Source: Camelus dromedarius
Taxonomy: Eukaryota
Assembly (NCBI RefSeq): GCF_036321535.1
Contig: NC_087437.1
Coordinates: forward strand, 54,128,001-54,192,000
Reading direction: 5' to 3'
Length of the DNA stretch: 64,000 nucleotides
A program made the translations under genes and the position numbers. The notes beneath the pieces were generated by a model. The model worked only from the letters and a program-made list of their open reading frames with translations. It was not told where the DNA came from and searched no databases. Positions 1 to 13,179 of the stretch are shown piece after piece. How positions within the stretch are numbered: position 1 is the first letter of the stretch; every line of letters begins with the position of its first letter.

Positions 1-244
1 GGCAAATGGCCAAGGGGACGGGAGGGGACAGTCCCTGCTCACCCAACTATCAGTCCAAGAACCTGTGCCAAACCTCTCAATGTAAGTAATTGATTTTCTT
101 CTTTTGTTTTAACAATTTAAAAATGATACATCATGGTGGTTGACCCCTAAATAGGTATTACTGGGTTATGCTACCATAGCCAGAGCTGGGGGAAGAGGGG
201 AAACTGGGGGTGCCAGTCACCAACTTCTCAGAAACTTCAACTCA

Positions 245-450
245 ATAATTCAGTTCAACTCATTGAGTTCAGCCAACATTAACTGAGTACCTACTCCATG
301 CTAGGCTCGCTAGGCCCTACCAGAGGCACGGGGATGAATAAGGCCAGACACTTCTCCTTCCAGAATGTACAGCCTAGCAGAGTGAACTAACAGGCATGCT
401 GATCAGCACCAGAAGTTAGAGTCCAGAGGGACCAAGGAGGCTCTGGGAGC
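245..450 (-). mobile_element. L2 3' end fragment in intron 6
   Basis: ttcagccaacattaactgagtacctactccatgctaggc, resembling the antisense L2 tail. Confidence 0.55.
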
Positions 451-735
451 TGGTTATAGCCAGCTCCACAGCTACCATTGTTAGAAGGAAGCTGGAAAGG
501 CAGTGTGGTCGTTCTCTATTCCCCCAGATTAACTGGAATGCCCTGTTCCTTGCTTTGGTCAGCCTAGTTCCCCACGAGGTCAAGAGTGGGGAGATCGGCT
601 GGTGATTTTAGATGCCAACGGACTTCCAATGGGGGCTTTTCCCAACAACATACATAAAAGGGAAACACAAGCCCTGTGGAGCAGAGGCAGCGGCCTTCTT
701 CCCCCTGGCCAGGGGAGGGAGGGAAAGGGACTCAC

Positions 736-920
736 CACAGCTGGAATCCGAGTACTCGGACTGGGTCTCCCCCAGCTCCTCGGGGAACGTGGGGCCGGCA
801 GCATGGAGGCACATCTCCGTGTGCTGTGGGGACTGCGAGCCGCAGGACGTGCACTTGGGCGGGTGCAGGTAGAGCGGGGAGTGGCTCTCGCTGCTGCTGC
901 GGGGGGAGCCCGTCAGGGAC
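736..920 (-). CDS. BCL6: BCL6 exon 6 (linker before the C2H2 zinc fingers)
   Basis: 185 nt, acceptor cccacag, donor GTGAG. Encodes RSLTGSPRSSSESHSPLYLHPPKCTSCGSQSPQHTEMCLHAAGPTFPEELGETQSEYSDSSC. Confidence 0.97.
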
Positions 921-1129
921 CTGTGGGCAGGAGGAAAGAGCCTCAGCAGCTGGACGGGGTGATGCGCTCCGCCTGGCCTCAATGCCATCCCTTCTCCCTG
1001 TGCTCAGGGAAGCCCAGAGGCTTCCTTGGGATTTGGAGCCATGGAGATATTCATCCTCAAGCCTACCTGGAGATCACTGACGGGGGTCAAACTGAGCTGA
1101 GATCTTGCTCCTGGGCCCAGTTTCTTGCC

Positions 1130-1248
1130 TTTTTTTTTTTTTTTTTTAAATTTTTTGTTTGTTTGTTTTTAAATGGAGGTGCTGGGGCTTGAACCCAGGA
1201 CCTCGTGCATGCTAAGCACACACTCAACCACTGAGCTATACCCTCCCC
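1130..1248 (-). mobile_element. tRNA-derived SINE (camelid Vic-1-like) in intron 5
   Basis: Reverse complement GGGGAGGGTATAGCTCAGTGGTTGAG...GGGTTCAAGCCCCAGCACCTCC with A/B boxes and an A-rich tail. Probable TSD GGCCC(A/G)GTTTCTT at 1114-1126 and 1256-1268. Confidence 0.9.
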
Positions 1249-1576
1249 TGCCCCAGGCCCGGTTTCTTCTCCCTCAGCTCTGCAGTCCATGGCCTCCTTC
1301 AGTCCAGTGGAAGCAGGAGGACCCCCGGCCACACTGAGACTGCAGGAGCTTGGGGGTCCTTGGGATGCTCTCCTACCGCAAAGGGGAATGACCTCTTCTG
1401 CTATGAAAATACACTGACGCTTAATGTCCTTCCCTATTAGGCTAATCCAATCAATAGCCTTTCTCCCACACCTCCAACATGCTCAGCACTGCAGGCCAGA
1501 GAGGAACACAGCCCCTGCGTCCGTCAGAACCCTGCCCGGGGCACCCTGCCCCCAGCCCAACTGCCTCCGCAATCAC

Positions 1577-2548
1577 CTGCTGACGATGTTATTGAGCCGG
1601 CTGGCCTGTGGGATGGTGGAGTCCTCCGCACTGGTGCTGAGCTTGGTTGGGGACTGGAGGTCAAGGTTCTCGGGCTCCATGGGCGGCTGGCAGGCTGGAG
1701 GGGCAGCGTAGGCGCGAGGGGAAAGGCGGCCCAGCTCGGCCGGCTCGGGCCCCTCAGGCTTGGCGTTCTGATTGAGGCTGTTGAGCACGATGAACTTGTA
1801 CTTCTTCCAGTTGCAGGCTTTGGGGTCGGTGGGGCTCTTGGCGGGAGGGGAGCCTGAGGTCTGGAGGATACAGGCGTTCTTGCTGCTGCAGGACTCCGTG
1901 GGCGAGTTGGGCTGGCAGTCGGATTTCTGGGGGCTCTGAGGACTCACCAGGCCCTTCCTGTTCAGGGGTGCGCTGGGGGGCTCGAAATGCAGGGCGATCT
2001 CATCCTCTGAGGACGGCCGCTCTTCCTCCTTGCCAGCCTTGTCACAGGGGAAGTACGGGGCGCTCCGGGCTGAGGGGGCGGCTGGCTTGGGGCCCTCAGC
2101 TACGCTGTAGTGCATGTCACTCCGGGCCTCCTCTGGGGCTGCCTCCTTGGGCGAGTAGATGCTGCTGTGGCACACGCCGGGGGGTATCTCCATGGCCGGC
2201 CGACTGTACTCACTGGGGACCGGCCTGGCACTATCGCAGGGGAGGGCCCGCTCCTTGGGGAAGGGGTTGGCCACAGGCATCCGGGCATCCCGCAGCTCCT
2301 CGTCAGAGAAGAGGAAGCTGCTGACAGGGAGGTGGCTATACACGGGGTACGAGGCAGGTGGCGTGGACAGGCCATTGTACAGGCTGGGGGCGAAGGCTCT
2401 GCTCTCACACCCGGGGGCGCTCCTCAGCGGCAGGCTGTTCTCCACCACCTCGCGACCCCGGTAGGCCATGATGTCCTGGGGCATCAGCATCCGGCCATTC
2501 AGGAACTCTTCACGGGGAGGCTTGATGGCCGGAACCATTTCTGCTTCA
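1577..2548 (-). CDS. BCL6: BCL6 exon 5 (RD2/PEST region, with KKYK acetylation motif and MAPK-type SP sites)
   Basis: 972 nt, acceptor cttgcag, donor GTGATT. Matches ORF 1573..2538 (EAEMVPAIKPPREEF...LVSPQSPQKSDCQPNSPTES...NWKKYKF...RLNNIVSR). KKYK codons at 1806-1795. Confidence 0.98.
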
Positions 2549-4167
2549 CTGCAAGAGGGAAAAGAGAGAAGACACTAAACCCCATATCAGAACCTTCCAG
2601 GTGACACTGGTCTAGGAAACCACATTTGTGCGTGGGTCAGGCAGACACGGGTGATGCGGCCCTGGCGTAAGGAAACACTTGCAGTTACAAGGCAGTCCTG
2701 CTAAAAATCTAGCAATCTAGCCCACAGTCAGGAAGCCGAAGCCTAGAGAAGGGAAGTGAGTAATCCACACAATCAGTGACTGTTTAGATGTGATCTTGTA
2801 TAAGTCACATATGCATGTGTGTGTGTGATCTATGATTATCTATCATTATTCTGATGTTACAGCATATCAAGCTTTCAGAGCCCTTATCTCATTTCACCCC
2901 CACGGAATCCTGCAAGGAAGGTAGAGCAGGTTTGATTAGCTTCCTTTTACACACATGGAAATTGAGCTTTAGGGAGGGATGAATTCATGCAATGCTGGTG
3001 CCACGTGTTCAAAGGGCCCTTGTCAAACTGGTGTCCTGTGAAGAAAGGACTTGCCCTGTGTGCTGACTGGAGTCACGGGGAAGTTGGCTTTGGAGAACAG
3101 GCAGCACAGGCCAGTGCTGGAAGCCCTGGCTCTGAAGCCGCCAGACCTGGTTTCCAGTCCCAGCTGTGCCACTTAGCAGCTCTGTGACCTGGAGCAAGTT
3201 ACTTAACTGCTCCCAGCACAAGGCCTGACCCAGAGACAGTACTGCTAAATGACGGCAGTGATGATCTTGCCACCATTATCACCCACAGGAGACAATCAGC
3301 TCCAGCTGCATGTACTGGAAGCAACAGTATATGGGCGAAAAATAGGCCAGCTCAGTACGATCACAGTTAACAGGGCTAGAAGCAAGACCGGAAGCTGAAG
3401 GGAGCCAGATTTCAACTCGCCACAAAGAGGAGCTTCCAAACTGTCCAAGGGAGATGGCGTGGCTCTGGGAACACTGAGTTCCTGGCTCCTGGAGATGTTC
3501 AAACAGAGGCTGGAAACATTTTTGTTTGAGAACGGATGCAATCACCCTGGAGCGGCTGAGTCAAATGGTTCTAAAGAAGTCAAGGCCTGAGTCTCTGTTC
3601 CACTTAGTAAAGCTCTTGCCTTCTTTGGCTATCAGGTTCCCTACTTTTCAATGATGGTCATGTCTTACCAGCCTTCAGGTAAGGGGTTACACCCCCTGAC
3701 CCCAATTTAATACCATAAACATCCTCTTTCGTAGGAACAGGATGACAGAAAAGATGAGTAAAGCAACCCACAGGCTGGCGGGGGAACTAAGGCACATATG
3801 TAAATAGTTACACGGGAAGCCTGAAGGAGATCTAAAACATGCATGCAAATAGTTCAGACAGAAGCTGGGTCTAAAGGACAGGCAGAAGGCTCTGAGACAC
3901 AGCTGAAGAGCTGAGGAAAAACCTAAGTGATAACTGCACAAAGATCTGCAGAGGAGCTGGCATCCAAACGTGGCTTGCAGGATTGGGGTGGGGGAAGGGG
4001 AGGAAGCCAGCAGTGGGGATGCACATGGCACATCTGGACAAGGCGACTGTGCAAAAATAGTGGAAAGGGAGGTTGTGGCATATCACAGAGGATTATTTTT
4101 TCTGCACATGTTTCTCATCTCTTCTGGCCCCTTCCAATTCCAAGGCTTCCGTCTGGGTGGCGGCTTA

Positions 4168-4410
<243 letters not shown>

Positions 4411-4509
4411 TCACCATGACAGACATATAGAAACTGTCATCAACTACTGTCAGCATCAATGCTCAGCCCCTGTGCCCTGGACCAATTCCTAGAACTTCCA
4501 TAGCAATTA

Positions 4510-4680
4510 ATAATAGCTGCCCTTTGTGGAGAGCTTACTAAATGCCAGAGTCATTAAGCACTTTACATACACTATCCTGGGTTCCTCACAGCCAGGTAGA
4601 TTCTATCCTTTTCTTTCTTTATAAATGGGGAAGGCTAAGATCGGAGAGGTGAAGTGCTTTTTCTCACAGTCATAGAACCT
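4510..4680 (-). mobile_element. MIR SINE in intron 3
   Basis: gagcttactaaatgccag...taagcactttacatac...gaggtgaagtg...cacagtcata. Confidence 0.65.
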
Positions 4681-5084
4681 GTATCCCTTTTGGTCTTAAC
4701 TGCATAGATGGCCAGAGTTAAATTTAACACTCATTTGCAGTAACTATTCTTAGTCTCTATCTTTGAAATAAGCATTTCCCTTCTTGTTCCATCACGTTAT
4801 CCTTATTTTAAAAATCCTATTGTATTTTTTAGGAAGTGAGTTGGGTATTGACGACAAGTAAAGTGACACCTACATCTGCAGTCTACTGATTTTCCAAAAG
4901 TCCACAGACTATCACAAGGTCAGTATTTCTAGGAGAGCCAAGTCAACGTCAAGTCATGCCTCCAGATACTACGTGTTTGGTAGAGGGAAGAGCACTCAGT
5001 TAGAGGCCGGAGTTCTGGGCTGTCATCTCGTGTCTATTCTTTCTGAGCATATTGCCAGAAGTGGGTCAGACTTGACCCAGGGAG

Positions 5085-5240
5085 TAGCTGTGCAACCTCG
5101 GATAAGATATTTAACTTCTCTGCACCTCGGTTTCCTTATCTGCTAAGCAGTGACAGGTGTCTGCCTTACAGAGCTATGGCAAGAATGAAGATGTAAAGGG
5201 CTTAGAATGATGCATGGCACACTGTTAGCACTCAGTGTTA
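5085..5240 (+). mobile_element. MIR SINE in intron 3
   Basis: tagctgtgcaacctcggataagatatttaacttctctgcacctcggtttccttatctg. Confidence 0.7.
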
Positions 5241-5923
5241 TCTAATATTTTTCTCTCTGCTATTAAAAAAAAAGTGCTTGTTGTAGATGTTGAATAAGTT
5301 CTCTACGGGCAATCAAGATCCCTGACTCCACCTCAGTTCCCCTATGCATGTTTTCATTTTTATCATCTATAAAATGGAGCTAATCATGTGTCATCCATAA
5401 CACAGGCTGCTGTGAAGATCCAGGGAGATGATGTAACATAAAACTGCCCTGAACACTCGAAATACTTGACAAATATGAGGGATTAGCCAGCTCACATTCA
5501 CCAACTTACATATGCTCAGAAACACCCATGACAATATAGTCGTGATAAAAAGTAATACCATCACAGAATAAAAGAGCAAAAAATTTCAAATAAACTTGCT
5601 TAAAGCATTTAAAAACTCTTTCACGTTTCATTTTTTCACTGGTTCACTGAGGTTATTCTCCACATTTGCTCCGAAACACACCTTTTGTGGAGCCAGTGTA
5701 TGATCTCTTCTTGTTCTGTTCCTATAGAACAGAAACTCTTTTCTAAAAGTCTGTTTGTGTATTTGCTTCCTGGGAACCCACTCTGCCAGGCCATGTGCTA
5801 GAGATCTGGGGACAAATGAGACTCGGCCCCTCACACAGCAAGAGGCCTGGATGCTGAGAACCGGCAGCCAGCACCACCACCCGCCTCGTACCCATCTTCC
5901 ACCTTTCCCTTCCAGACCCCTCA

Positions 5924-6109
<186 letters not shown>

Positions 6110-6573
6110 TCAAAATCCCGTTAGTCCTTCAGAATCTGTTTCCTTCTTACCAGGAGTGTGATAGCAGATGGTCTGGTCTGCTCCCTTGTGTTTGTGCTTC
6201 AAACAACTCATGGCCCTTCTCTGGGCATGACTCTTCACGTATGAAAATCAAGAGAACAATCTTTATCCAACAAGTTGGAACAGAAAGCCCTACAGGGGAA
6301 AGGCGAAGGAAATGAAGATCTGTTGAATGTTTTTCCCACATACCAAACACTCTGCCGGCACTGGGAGGCAGTGAATGTGTGACCGGGGAGAGAAGCTATG
6401 CTTTGAAGGTTAGCACATTGGCCATACCTGTTGCAGGCTGTGTAACTTGAAGCAGATTGTTTTACTGTTTCTGGGCTTTGGTTTCCCAAACTGGGAGTAG
6501 TAATTCCTACGTGGCTGTAAAAATCAGAGCTTCATGCTTGGTCCATGGTAGATTCTCATTAATCTCAGCTATT

Positions 6574-6744
6574 TGGGGTGGGAGTGGGGAGGTGGTGGTT
6601 GGTATAGCTCAGTGGTAGAGCATGCTTAGCATGCATTAGGTCCTGGGTTCAATCCCTAGTACCTCCATTAAAACAGACAAACAAACAAATAAACCTAATT
6701 TCCTCCCCATCAAAAAAAAAAAAAAAAAAAAAGCTTAAAAAAAA
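6574..6744 (+). mobile_element. tRNA-derived SINE (Vic-1-like) in intron 2
   Basis: TATAGCTCAGTGGTAGAG...GGGTTCAATCCCTAGTACCTCC and a long poly(A). TSD CTCAGCTATT at 6564-6573 and 6745-6754. Confidence 0.9.
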
Positions 6745-7111
6745 CTCAGCTATTCTCATCAGTATCTCATTTCATGATCCCAGCCACCATCTCTCTCTCC
6801 TCTATTTGCCTTCAGAATTGTCTACATGTACCTTAAGCACCTAGCACATGCTGGTGCATAGCAGGTGCCAAATTAACGTGAACCACGAAACAAGTTCACA
6901 CAACAATATTAAGGGGAACGATCACACAGCAATGTTAAGATTGTTGAATGCATGGCAAAGGGGTAAGGGCTGGGTGTGATGGAGAGGGAATTGGTTCTCC
7001 TTTATCTCATCTAATGAAAAGTGGCACCATTCACAGAAACATGTGCGGTGGCAAATTCAAAAGAACCAGTCTGTCCACAACTTTTTAAAGCACATAGTTC
7101 AATGTACTTAC

Positions 7112-7150
7112 CCAATGCCTTGATTCACAGTCCAAAATTTTGCTTAAAAC
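7112..7150 (-). other. BCL6: BCL6 exon 2 (39-nt 5'UTR exon)
   Basis: Minus-strand GTTTTAAGCAAAATTTTGGACTGTGAATCAAGGCATTGG, flanked by a long polypyrimidine tract + CAG and a GTAAGT donor. Closely resembles the human BCL6 5'UTR as recalled. Confidence 0.92.
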
Positions 7151-8309
7151 CTGCAGGGAAGAGAAAAAGAAAACAGAAATTGATTTAATGAATGTAAGAT
7201 TGTCCACTATAGTCTTATTTTAGGACACACATATTTAGTTTTACTTTGATAGCTGCAGCTTGCCAGCTGGTGCGGTTTTACCACAAGCTAGCAAACATTT
7301 TTTCCAGCTTGGCTCTTATGGAAACAACAGGCACCCGAAGCTATGCGATAATAATGTTTTTACCCTGAGTACTGGGAATACAACTTCATACACTAATTAC
7401 ATATACCTATACACATTTATTTCCTCTCTCAAAGTAAAAAATGTATGCCATCCAAAGGCCCTTGAGTTTACAGGAAAGAAAAAATAAGAAAAGTAATTCT
7501 TTCAATATTAATGAGAGTGATCCTACAGGGGTCTAAAAACTCTGGCAGCTTTTCAAAACCTGCTAAAATGTTATCTTTCAAGTCTTAGAATGATTCCAAA
7601 ACCTGACAGGGTCAATATCTTTATCCCTGGTTCATTGGTGACAAAACTGAGACTCAGGTTCAAGCGGCTTGCTCAGAACAAACAGCCAGGCAGGATTTCC
7701 GGACTGTCCTAAACACTTAAGACGAAATAAGAAATCTGCAGAATACAACCTGAGATGGCTTATCTACTCTTTTCTCGAGAATCTTTGCCTTCTCTTTCAA
7801 AATTTCCTCTCATCCCTCCTGGGTCTAAGACCAGATAGTTTGCTACAAACTTCCAAGTTTGTGCTTCCCCCTGCTGGTGAAAGATTTAACTGCATAGTTT
7901 TGCGGAGAACAGGTCAGGGAGCATTGAGGAAATACGGACCCTCTCCCAAATGGGTTCTCTAAAACAAAATAATTCAAAGCAAAGGTGAAAGACTCTCATT
8001 TATGATCATACGTGGGCTGCAAACCAAACAATATTTGAACCCCACTCCCACCCCTGCCTTTTTTAAAGTGTAGTCCTTTAGCACTATTTTCCCGGGTAAA
8101 GGGGCCTGAGGCCAGGGAGGTCATGTTGGGCCACATAGATGGTGAGTGGCCCAGCCCTAGGTCTCCTGGCTCAAATTCCTGTCCCTGTTCCAAATCAGCC
8201 TACGTGCTGTAGAACATGCAAGACAGCACCCTGATGTGGGTGAATCTCATTTTTAAGTTCCTTCCCCCACACAAACACTTTGCCCCCATTCCAGGCTGCT
8301 GAGTCTTAC

Positions 8310-8716
8310 CAAATGAACACTCTAAAATGAGAGGTTTCCTTGAGTCTGTAACCAAACACTCTGACATTTCTCTGTGGTCCCAAGTGCCAGTCACTCAATC
8401 TCATCGGCTTCAAGGTTAATGTGTGCATGTGAGTGAGTGAGGGTGGGGGAAGGAGATAGGGGAAGGGAGAGGATAGAAAAAAGATGAAAGAACCTACTTC
8501 CTCCTCTCCCCATCCTAATTTATGATGGGAAAAGAGAGATACACTAAATTGGTCTTAGCTAAAGTTCAGTGATTATCTCCTTGGGAAAAGAATGCTGAAG
8601 ACACATGTGAGGTTTATTTATAAACCTTCTCCTCTTCCCCCTTAGAAGAGATCCTTCTACACTTCTGGAGTACCTAAGGCTGTCCTTGAACCAACTTCAA
8701 CCACCATCTCGCTTGT
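8310..8716 (-). other. BCL6: BCL6 alternative first exon (1b); 5' end approximate
   Basis: Strong donor TTTG|GTAAGA at 8310/8309. Sequence ACAAGCGAGATGGTGGTTGAAG...CTCATTTTAGAGTGTTCATTTG resembles the recalled human alternative 5' exon. AP-1 site TGACTCA at 8787-8793 just upstream. Confidence 0.75.
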
Positions 8717-9639
8717 GGATTTCCACTCTCAGAGTTTTGGAACCACAGGAAGCCCAGATTTGCCATTTCACCTTGACAAGTGGCAATGACTCACTCTAGA
8801 TGCATATTGAAACAAACAAACAAAATAATTCCCCTGGGTCCACTGTCAGCCAGGCTCTGGGCTGGGCACTTTCCACCCTAAACCTCTGCCTGGCTTCACC
8901 AAAAACAAATGCACATTCACTAAGACCCATGCCCTTATTAAGTCCACTCCTTCTTAAGCTAGCTTTGTCTTAGGAGATCCCACAAGTAGTGAGTACATGG
9001 GTTATGGTGGGTGGGTAATGGCACCTCTCTCTACAGGTGTTGAAGCACCAGTAGCATTTGATTTGTTTTCCACAGACCACTCAGCTCTTTTCCATCCATT
9101 ATTGTATCTGATCCTCATAACAGCCCCAATTTACTGGGAGGACACTGAGGCTCCAGGGGGTAAGTCTTGCCCAAGGTCTCAGAACTAATGCCAAGCAAAG
9201 CCCAGGACGAACTGTGTCTCCTAGTTTCAGCTACCCCACCAGTGTTCCACGAAAACAACCAAGAGAGCAGAGCTGTCAAGGAGAAGCTGACAACTGGAAG
9301 AGCCCAGACCTGGCCTTCCCCGACCCCATCCCAGCCGCAGCCACAGTGCCACCGAGTGAGAGTAAAACATGGTCTTTTCCACCCCCACACACTTTTTCTC
9401 CCTTGGCGCTTTCCCCCTGTATTTTCAGTGAGGCACCTGAGAAGGCAGATCCTTTAGAGGGACCGGAGGAGAAAAAAGAGGGACCTTCCCCTTAAGACAA
9501 AGAAGAGAAGACAGCAGAAAAGAGAGGAAGAGAGACAAGAGATGAGAAAAGAGTGAGAAGGAAAAAGAGGGAGCCAGCCAATACAAACAACCCCATCCTT
9601 CCCGCCCCCCTCCCCCGCCTCCATAGGCAGCCCCTGTCT

Positions 9640-11600
9640 CCGCTCACACACAAAGGCGCAAACCCGAGCCCTGCAGCCCCGGCGAGCCTGCTCGGATCCA
9701 AGGATTCGCCCACCCCTCACCACACCATACCTGTCTGCCAGGGACCGCCCACCCCCGGGCGTGTAGCCAGCACCGCTGCTCGTCCACCTCCAAGCCCCCG
9801 TAGGCGCGGCGGAGACCGGGCGGTACGCCGGTGGCAGCCCTTAATTTGGTAACATTCAAATAAAACTTTTCGTGCACCTCGGTAGCTAACATTGTGTGTG
9901 CCTTTTTTTTTTTTTTTTTCCTGTTACGCCGTCAAGGCAGGGGGCAGTGAGGGGAATGGCACAGCCCTCTCATTCCCGGAACGTAGTCGATCTCAACTCA
10001 GCAGATTTCACAGAACAGTCTCTGCCTATCGCCGGCTCCAAAGACAAATAACTTTCCAGGAAGCTATCGGCCCAGACGGCAGCCAGGATCGCTGCCTGTG
10101 CCGCGCTGGCCGCCGGGGATTCACCCGGGGGGTGGGGCGGGGAGCGCCCGGGGAGGCTCGCGGGGAATAGGGCACACTTTCCCCTAAATCCCTCGTCCGC
10201 GCCCCGTCCAGGGCTCTCACAGTTCGCCTAGTCCAACCTTTCCCCCACAACAATTTTACAAATGGGGAGAGTCAGACAAGTTAGTCGCACAGCCAGCCTA
10301 GAACCCAGGAATTTGGGTCCAATCCCAGACTTATTTCATGACTTCAAGTTGCCCAATTCCAGAGTTTGTTTGCCTGATGAGTCTTTTTTTCTCTCCCTTT
10401 CTCTCGTTTTGCTCCCCCACCCCGGGATTCCTTTTTTAAGGGGGTGGTTAGGCGAGGCCTCAAAGTCTAAAAGATAAGAATCCCTGGGGCTGAGGGTCTC
10501 CATCCAGTGCGCCCCAGTCGAGTTGGAGGAAAACTAAACCGAAAGCCCCTTCTGCCTACGTTGGCTAGAAGGGGAACGCAGCTCGGCTCGGTTACCGCCC
10601 AAGGTCTTTAGAGTAGGAGCTGCCAGGCCGAATCTGGCCAGATTTCGGGATTTCCGAATCCGTTTTCTCCGAAACCGTAGAGAAAATTTCGGGATTAGGC
10701 AGAGGCCTGGGCGCAAAAACCCTAGCGCGCTTATAGACGCGCTCCAAGGTTGCCTCGCCTTCCCGTAGCCTTCCTCGGAATTATACCCCCTGGGCGCCAT
10801 CTCCTAATCGGTCTCAGTAGCCCGGCCTGAGAGGCATTTTCGGGGTCCGGGGGTGGGGAATAGGGGAGCGAAAGATGCAGCCTCTAAGGCTGCACTCCCG
10901 TCCTAAAACTGGCGAGTAGCGTCACACTACGCCGCGCCTCCAACAAGCAGCGGAGGCGGGGTCACTCTCTGGCCTCATAAAATAGCAGTTTCTCATCCCT
11001 TCGCCCGGCGGGATAAAGGTGAAAGCGAAGGCTGAAATTTAATATGGGATGGAGTGAGAATCTAGGAAGGGAAGCTAAAATTAAGTAAATGCATTTATTG
11101 GAATGGAGTCCCGTGGTTCCGGGAGTTCAAACCTAATCATGTTTTACCTCTGCCTAACACTAGAGAGAGCCCTCCATCAAGACTTGAAACCGACAACCCT
11201 TGTCGCCCCGCCCCCTCCTTTCCATTGACCTAGTTTAGACACAGTCTCCGGATTTGGAGAATGCCTTCCGCCCTACCCCCTTCTCGATCCCGACTGGCTT
11301 TTGGATTATTGGTAATCTAACAATTCCAATAACTCATTGAGAAATCCAAAGGAGAATCTGAAAGTGCAAACCACCATTCAGGGGGCAGGGACGAGGAATT
11401 TTAATGAGACTGGAGCTGCCGCAGTGGAACCCGCATCAGGGCTCCTGCCGGAGCGCTCCCTTTCTCCGCAGCGTCTCAGCTAATGAGCTGCTCGGGTCTA
11501 GCCAAGGTGGTCAGGCGGTAGGGAGATAGGGTCAAATCGCCCAGTTGTTTTTGTTCTAGGGAAGAAACACTCTTCGCGCTCTTGACTGGGGGCGGGAGAG
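9640..11600. promoter_or_regulatory. CpG island(s) in the 3' part of intron 1
   Basis: Dense CpG segments at ~9640-10230 and ~10500-11030, with GAS motifs at 9973-9981 and 10054-10062. Boundaries judged by eye. Confidence 0.7.
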
Positions 11601-13165
11601 TGGGGAGACGACGTAGATGAAGGCGAATTTGATAAATGGCCCCGGCTGTAGCTTTTGGGTGACCGAGGAGGTGTTCAGGTACATTATGTCCTGACTTTCA
11701 TTTCCATCATATTTCCTGCCAACAGAGGTCTTGCAAGCCTGAAAGCTTCTAGGAAATGCAATAAAATAGAGGGATGTGTTTTATCATCAAGATCTAAAGA
11801 GGAGCTGCAGAAGGGACGCTCCCCAGGCGCCCAGCTCGCGACAGCCTTCCAGAAAGGGCCGGCAGTCAAAGCCAGCAGACCGCGTCCCCGAGCACAGATA
11901 TTTTGGCCATCCTGGCTGGGCCGGGCTCGGCCTTTGCAAAAAGGCTGGTAGTGGAGGGGAGAGGCATGAGCTCCCCAAGCAAACAATGCCCTTAAAAATC
12001 CGATCTGGACAGAAGTCAGCCAAGGTCTTTATTCACGTTAATGAAGATGGAAGGCACTAACTGTCCTTGGAAAGCGATGAGTCAGACTTGACCTCTCTTC
12101 AAACGAGTCCCCAGATTTGTTTCCAACCCGAACAGAGGCGCGTTTCTCCCTCAGTAGGAGAGACTGAACTCGATTCCGGCGGACCAGGGCAGTGGAAACA
12201 ACGGCTTCTCCAGCGGGTGTATGAGCCTGCTATCGCTAGGGGTCGCCAGCACGCGGACACGCGTTTACCATCTTAAGTTTTGAGCTCCGAAAAAGAAAAC
12301 TTTGCTACGAAGCTGTTGTGGATTACATTCTGCCTGTCCAGAGGACCCAAACACAACTGACTTCTCGCCAAGCCACTAAGCAAAGTTTGGAAGGCGAAGA
12401 GAGCTATTTCAGGATTCCAATGTGAGCCTCGGGAGCAGCGAGGTTCATCTCTTCAAGTCTAGGGACTGGATCTTAATCACGCCCTAACACACGCATACAC
12501 AGTCTCCCACTGCCCCCACCAAGATCTAAGACCCCACCCCCCATCCCTTAGTACTACTGTAGTCTTTTCAAGTCTGTTACTGAAAATCTTGGGCCATACT
12601 TTTCTAAACAAATTCCTTGGGAACAGCTGGGGAACCTCTTCAAACTATGGTGACCTAAGAGGTTGAAATCATGGCTCTCTCTGATTGTGTTCCTTTCTCT
12701 TAGACACCTCAAAAGAGTGGAGATAAATTCACTTTGGACTTTAAGTCACTGACCTGGAACTCGGCAGCTTAAAATCTAGTTCCGGTTAGTTCTGGTTAAC
12801 TCACTATTAACCCTCTCATCAGGTCTGTTTCCTCAACTGTGAAGAGCTGTTTGTCCTAGAGACCCTGTGGCACCCCTCCACTATCGACTTTCCTCAGGGA
12901 GAGGCCACAGCGACTGGGAGAGTGTGTTCAAAATGGGGTAATTCTTGGTTCTCTTAGCAGAAGCAGATGCCCGTCGCTGGGCGACTGTGGATGGGGCAAT
13001 CATCCGGAGACTTCATAATTTTCATCCATTCACTGGAGGTCGGATGTCATCCTCATCGGAGGGTGTCCTCCCCCTGTCAGTCCTAGCACCCGTTTGAGAT
13101 ACTTGGGGGCCCGAAGGTGACGCGGTCGGCCGACTGCCCAAAGCGGTGAACTAAGTCAGAGTCTA

Positions 13166-13179
13166 CCACTAGGTGGCAG
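13166..13179 (+). promoter_or_regulatory. CTCF core motif in intron 1
   Basis: CCACTAGGTGGCAG is an exact match to CCASYAGRKGGCRS, in a CpG-rich segment. CTCF binding within BCL6 intron 1 is known in human. Confidence 0.7.

Noticed and set aside
602..2604. Plus-strand and alternate-frame ORFs overlapping exons 5-6 (602..1192, 1968..2324, 2110..2604 and others)
   Set aside because: Shadow ORFs of GC-rich BCL6 coding sequence. One runs into a SINE poly(T), and none has a recognisable domain.
6600..6668. tRNA-Ala-like sequences here and at ~1180, 34055, 45866 and 59130
   Set aside because: They have A-rich tails, TSDs and degraded stems, so they are SINE copies rather than tRNA genes.
7864..7877. 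Weaker CTCF-like motifs (also ~14330, ~20200, ~45293)
   Set aside because: One or more mismatches in the core; cannot be told apart from background without ChIP data.
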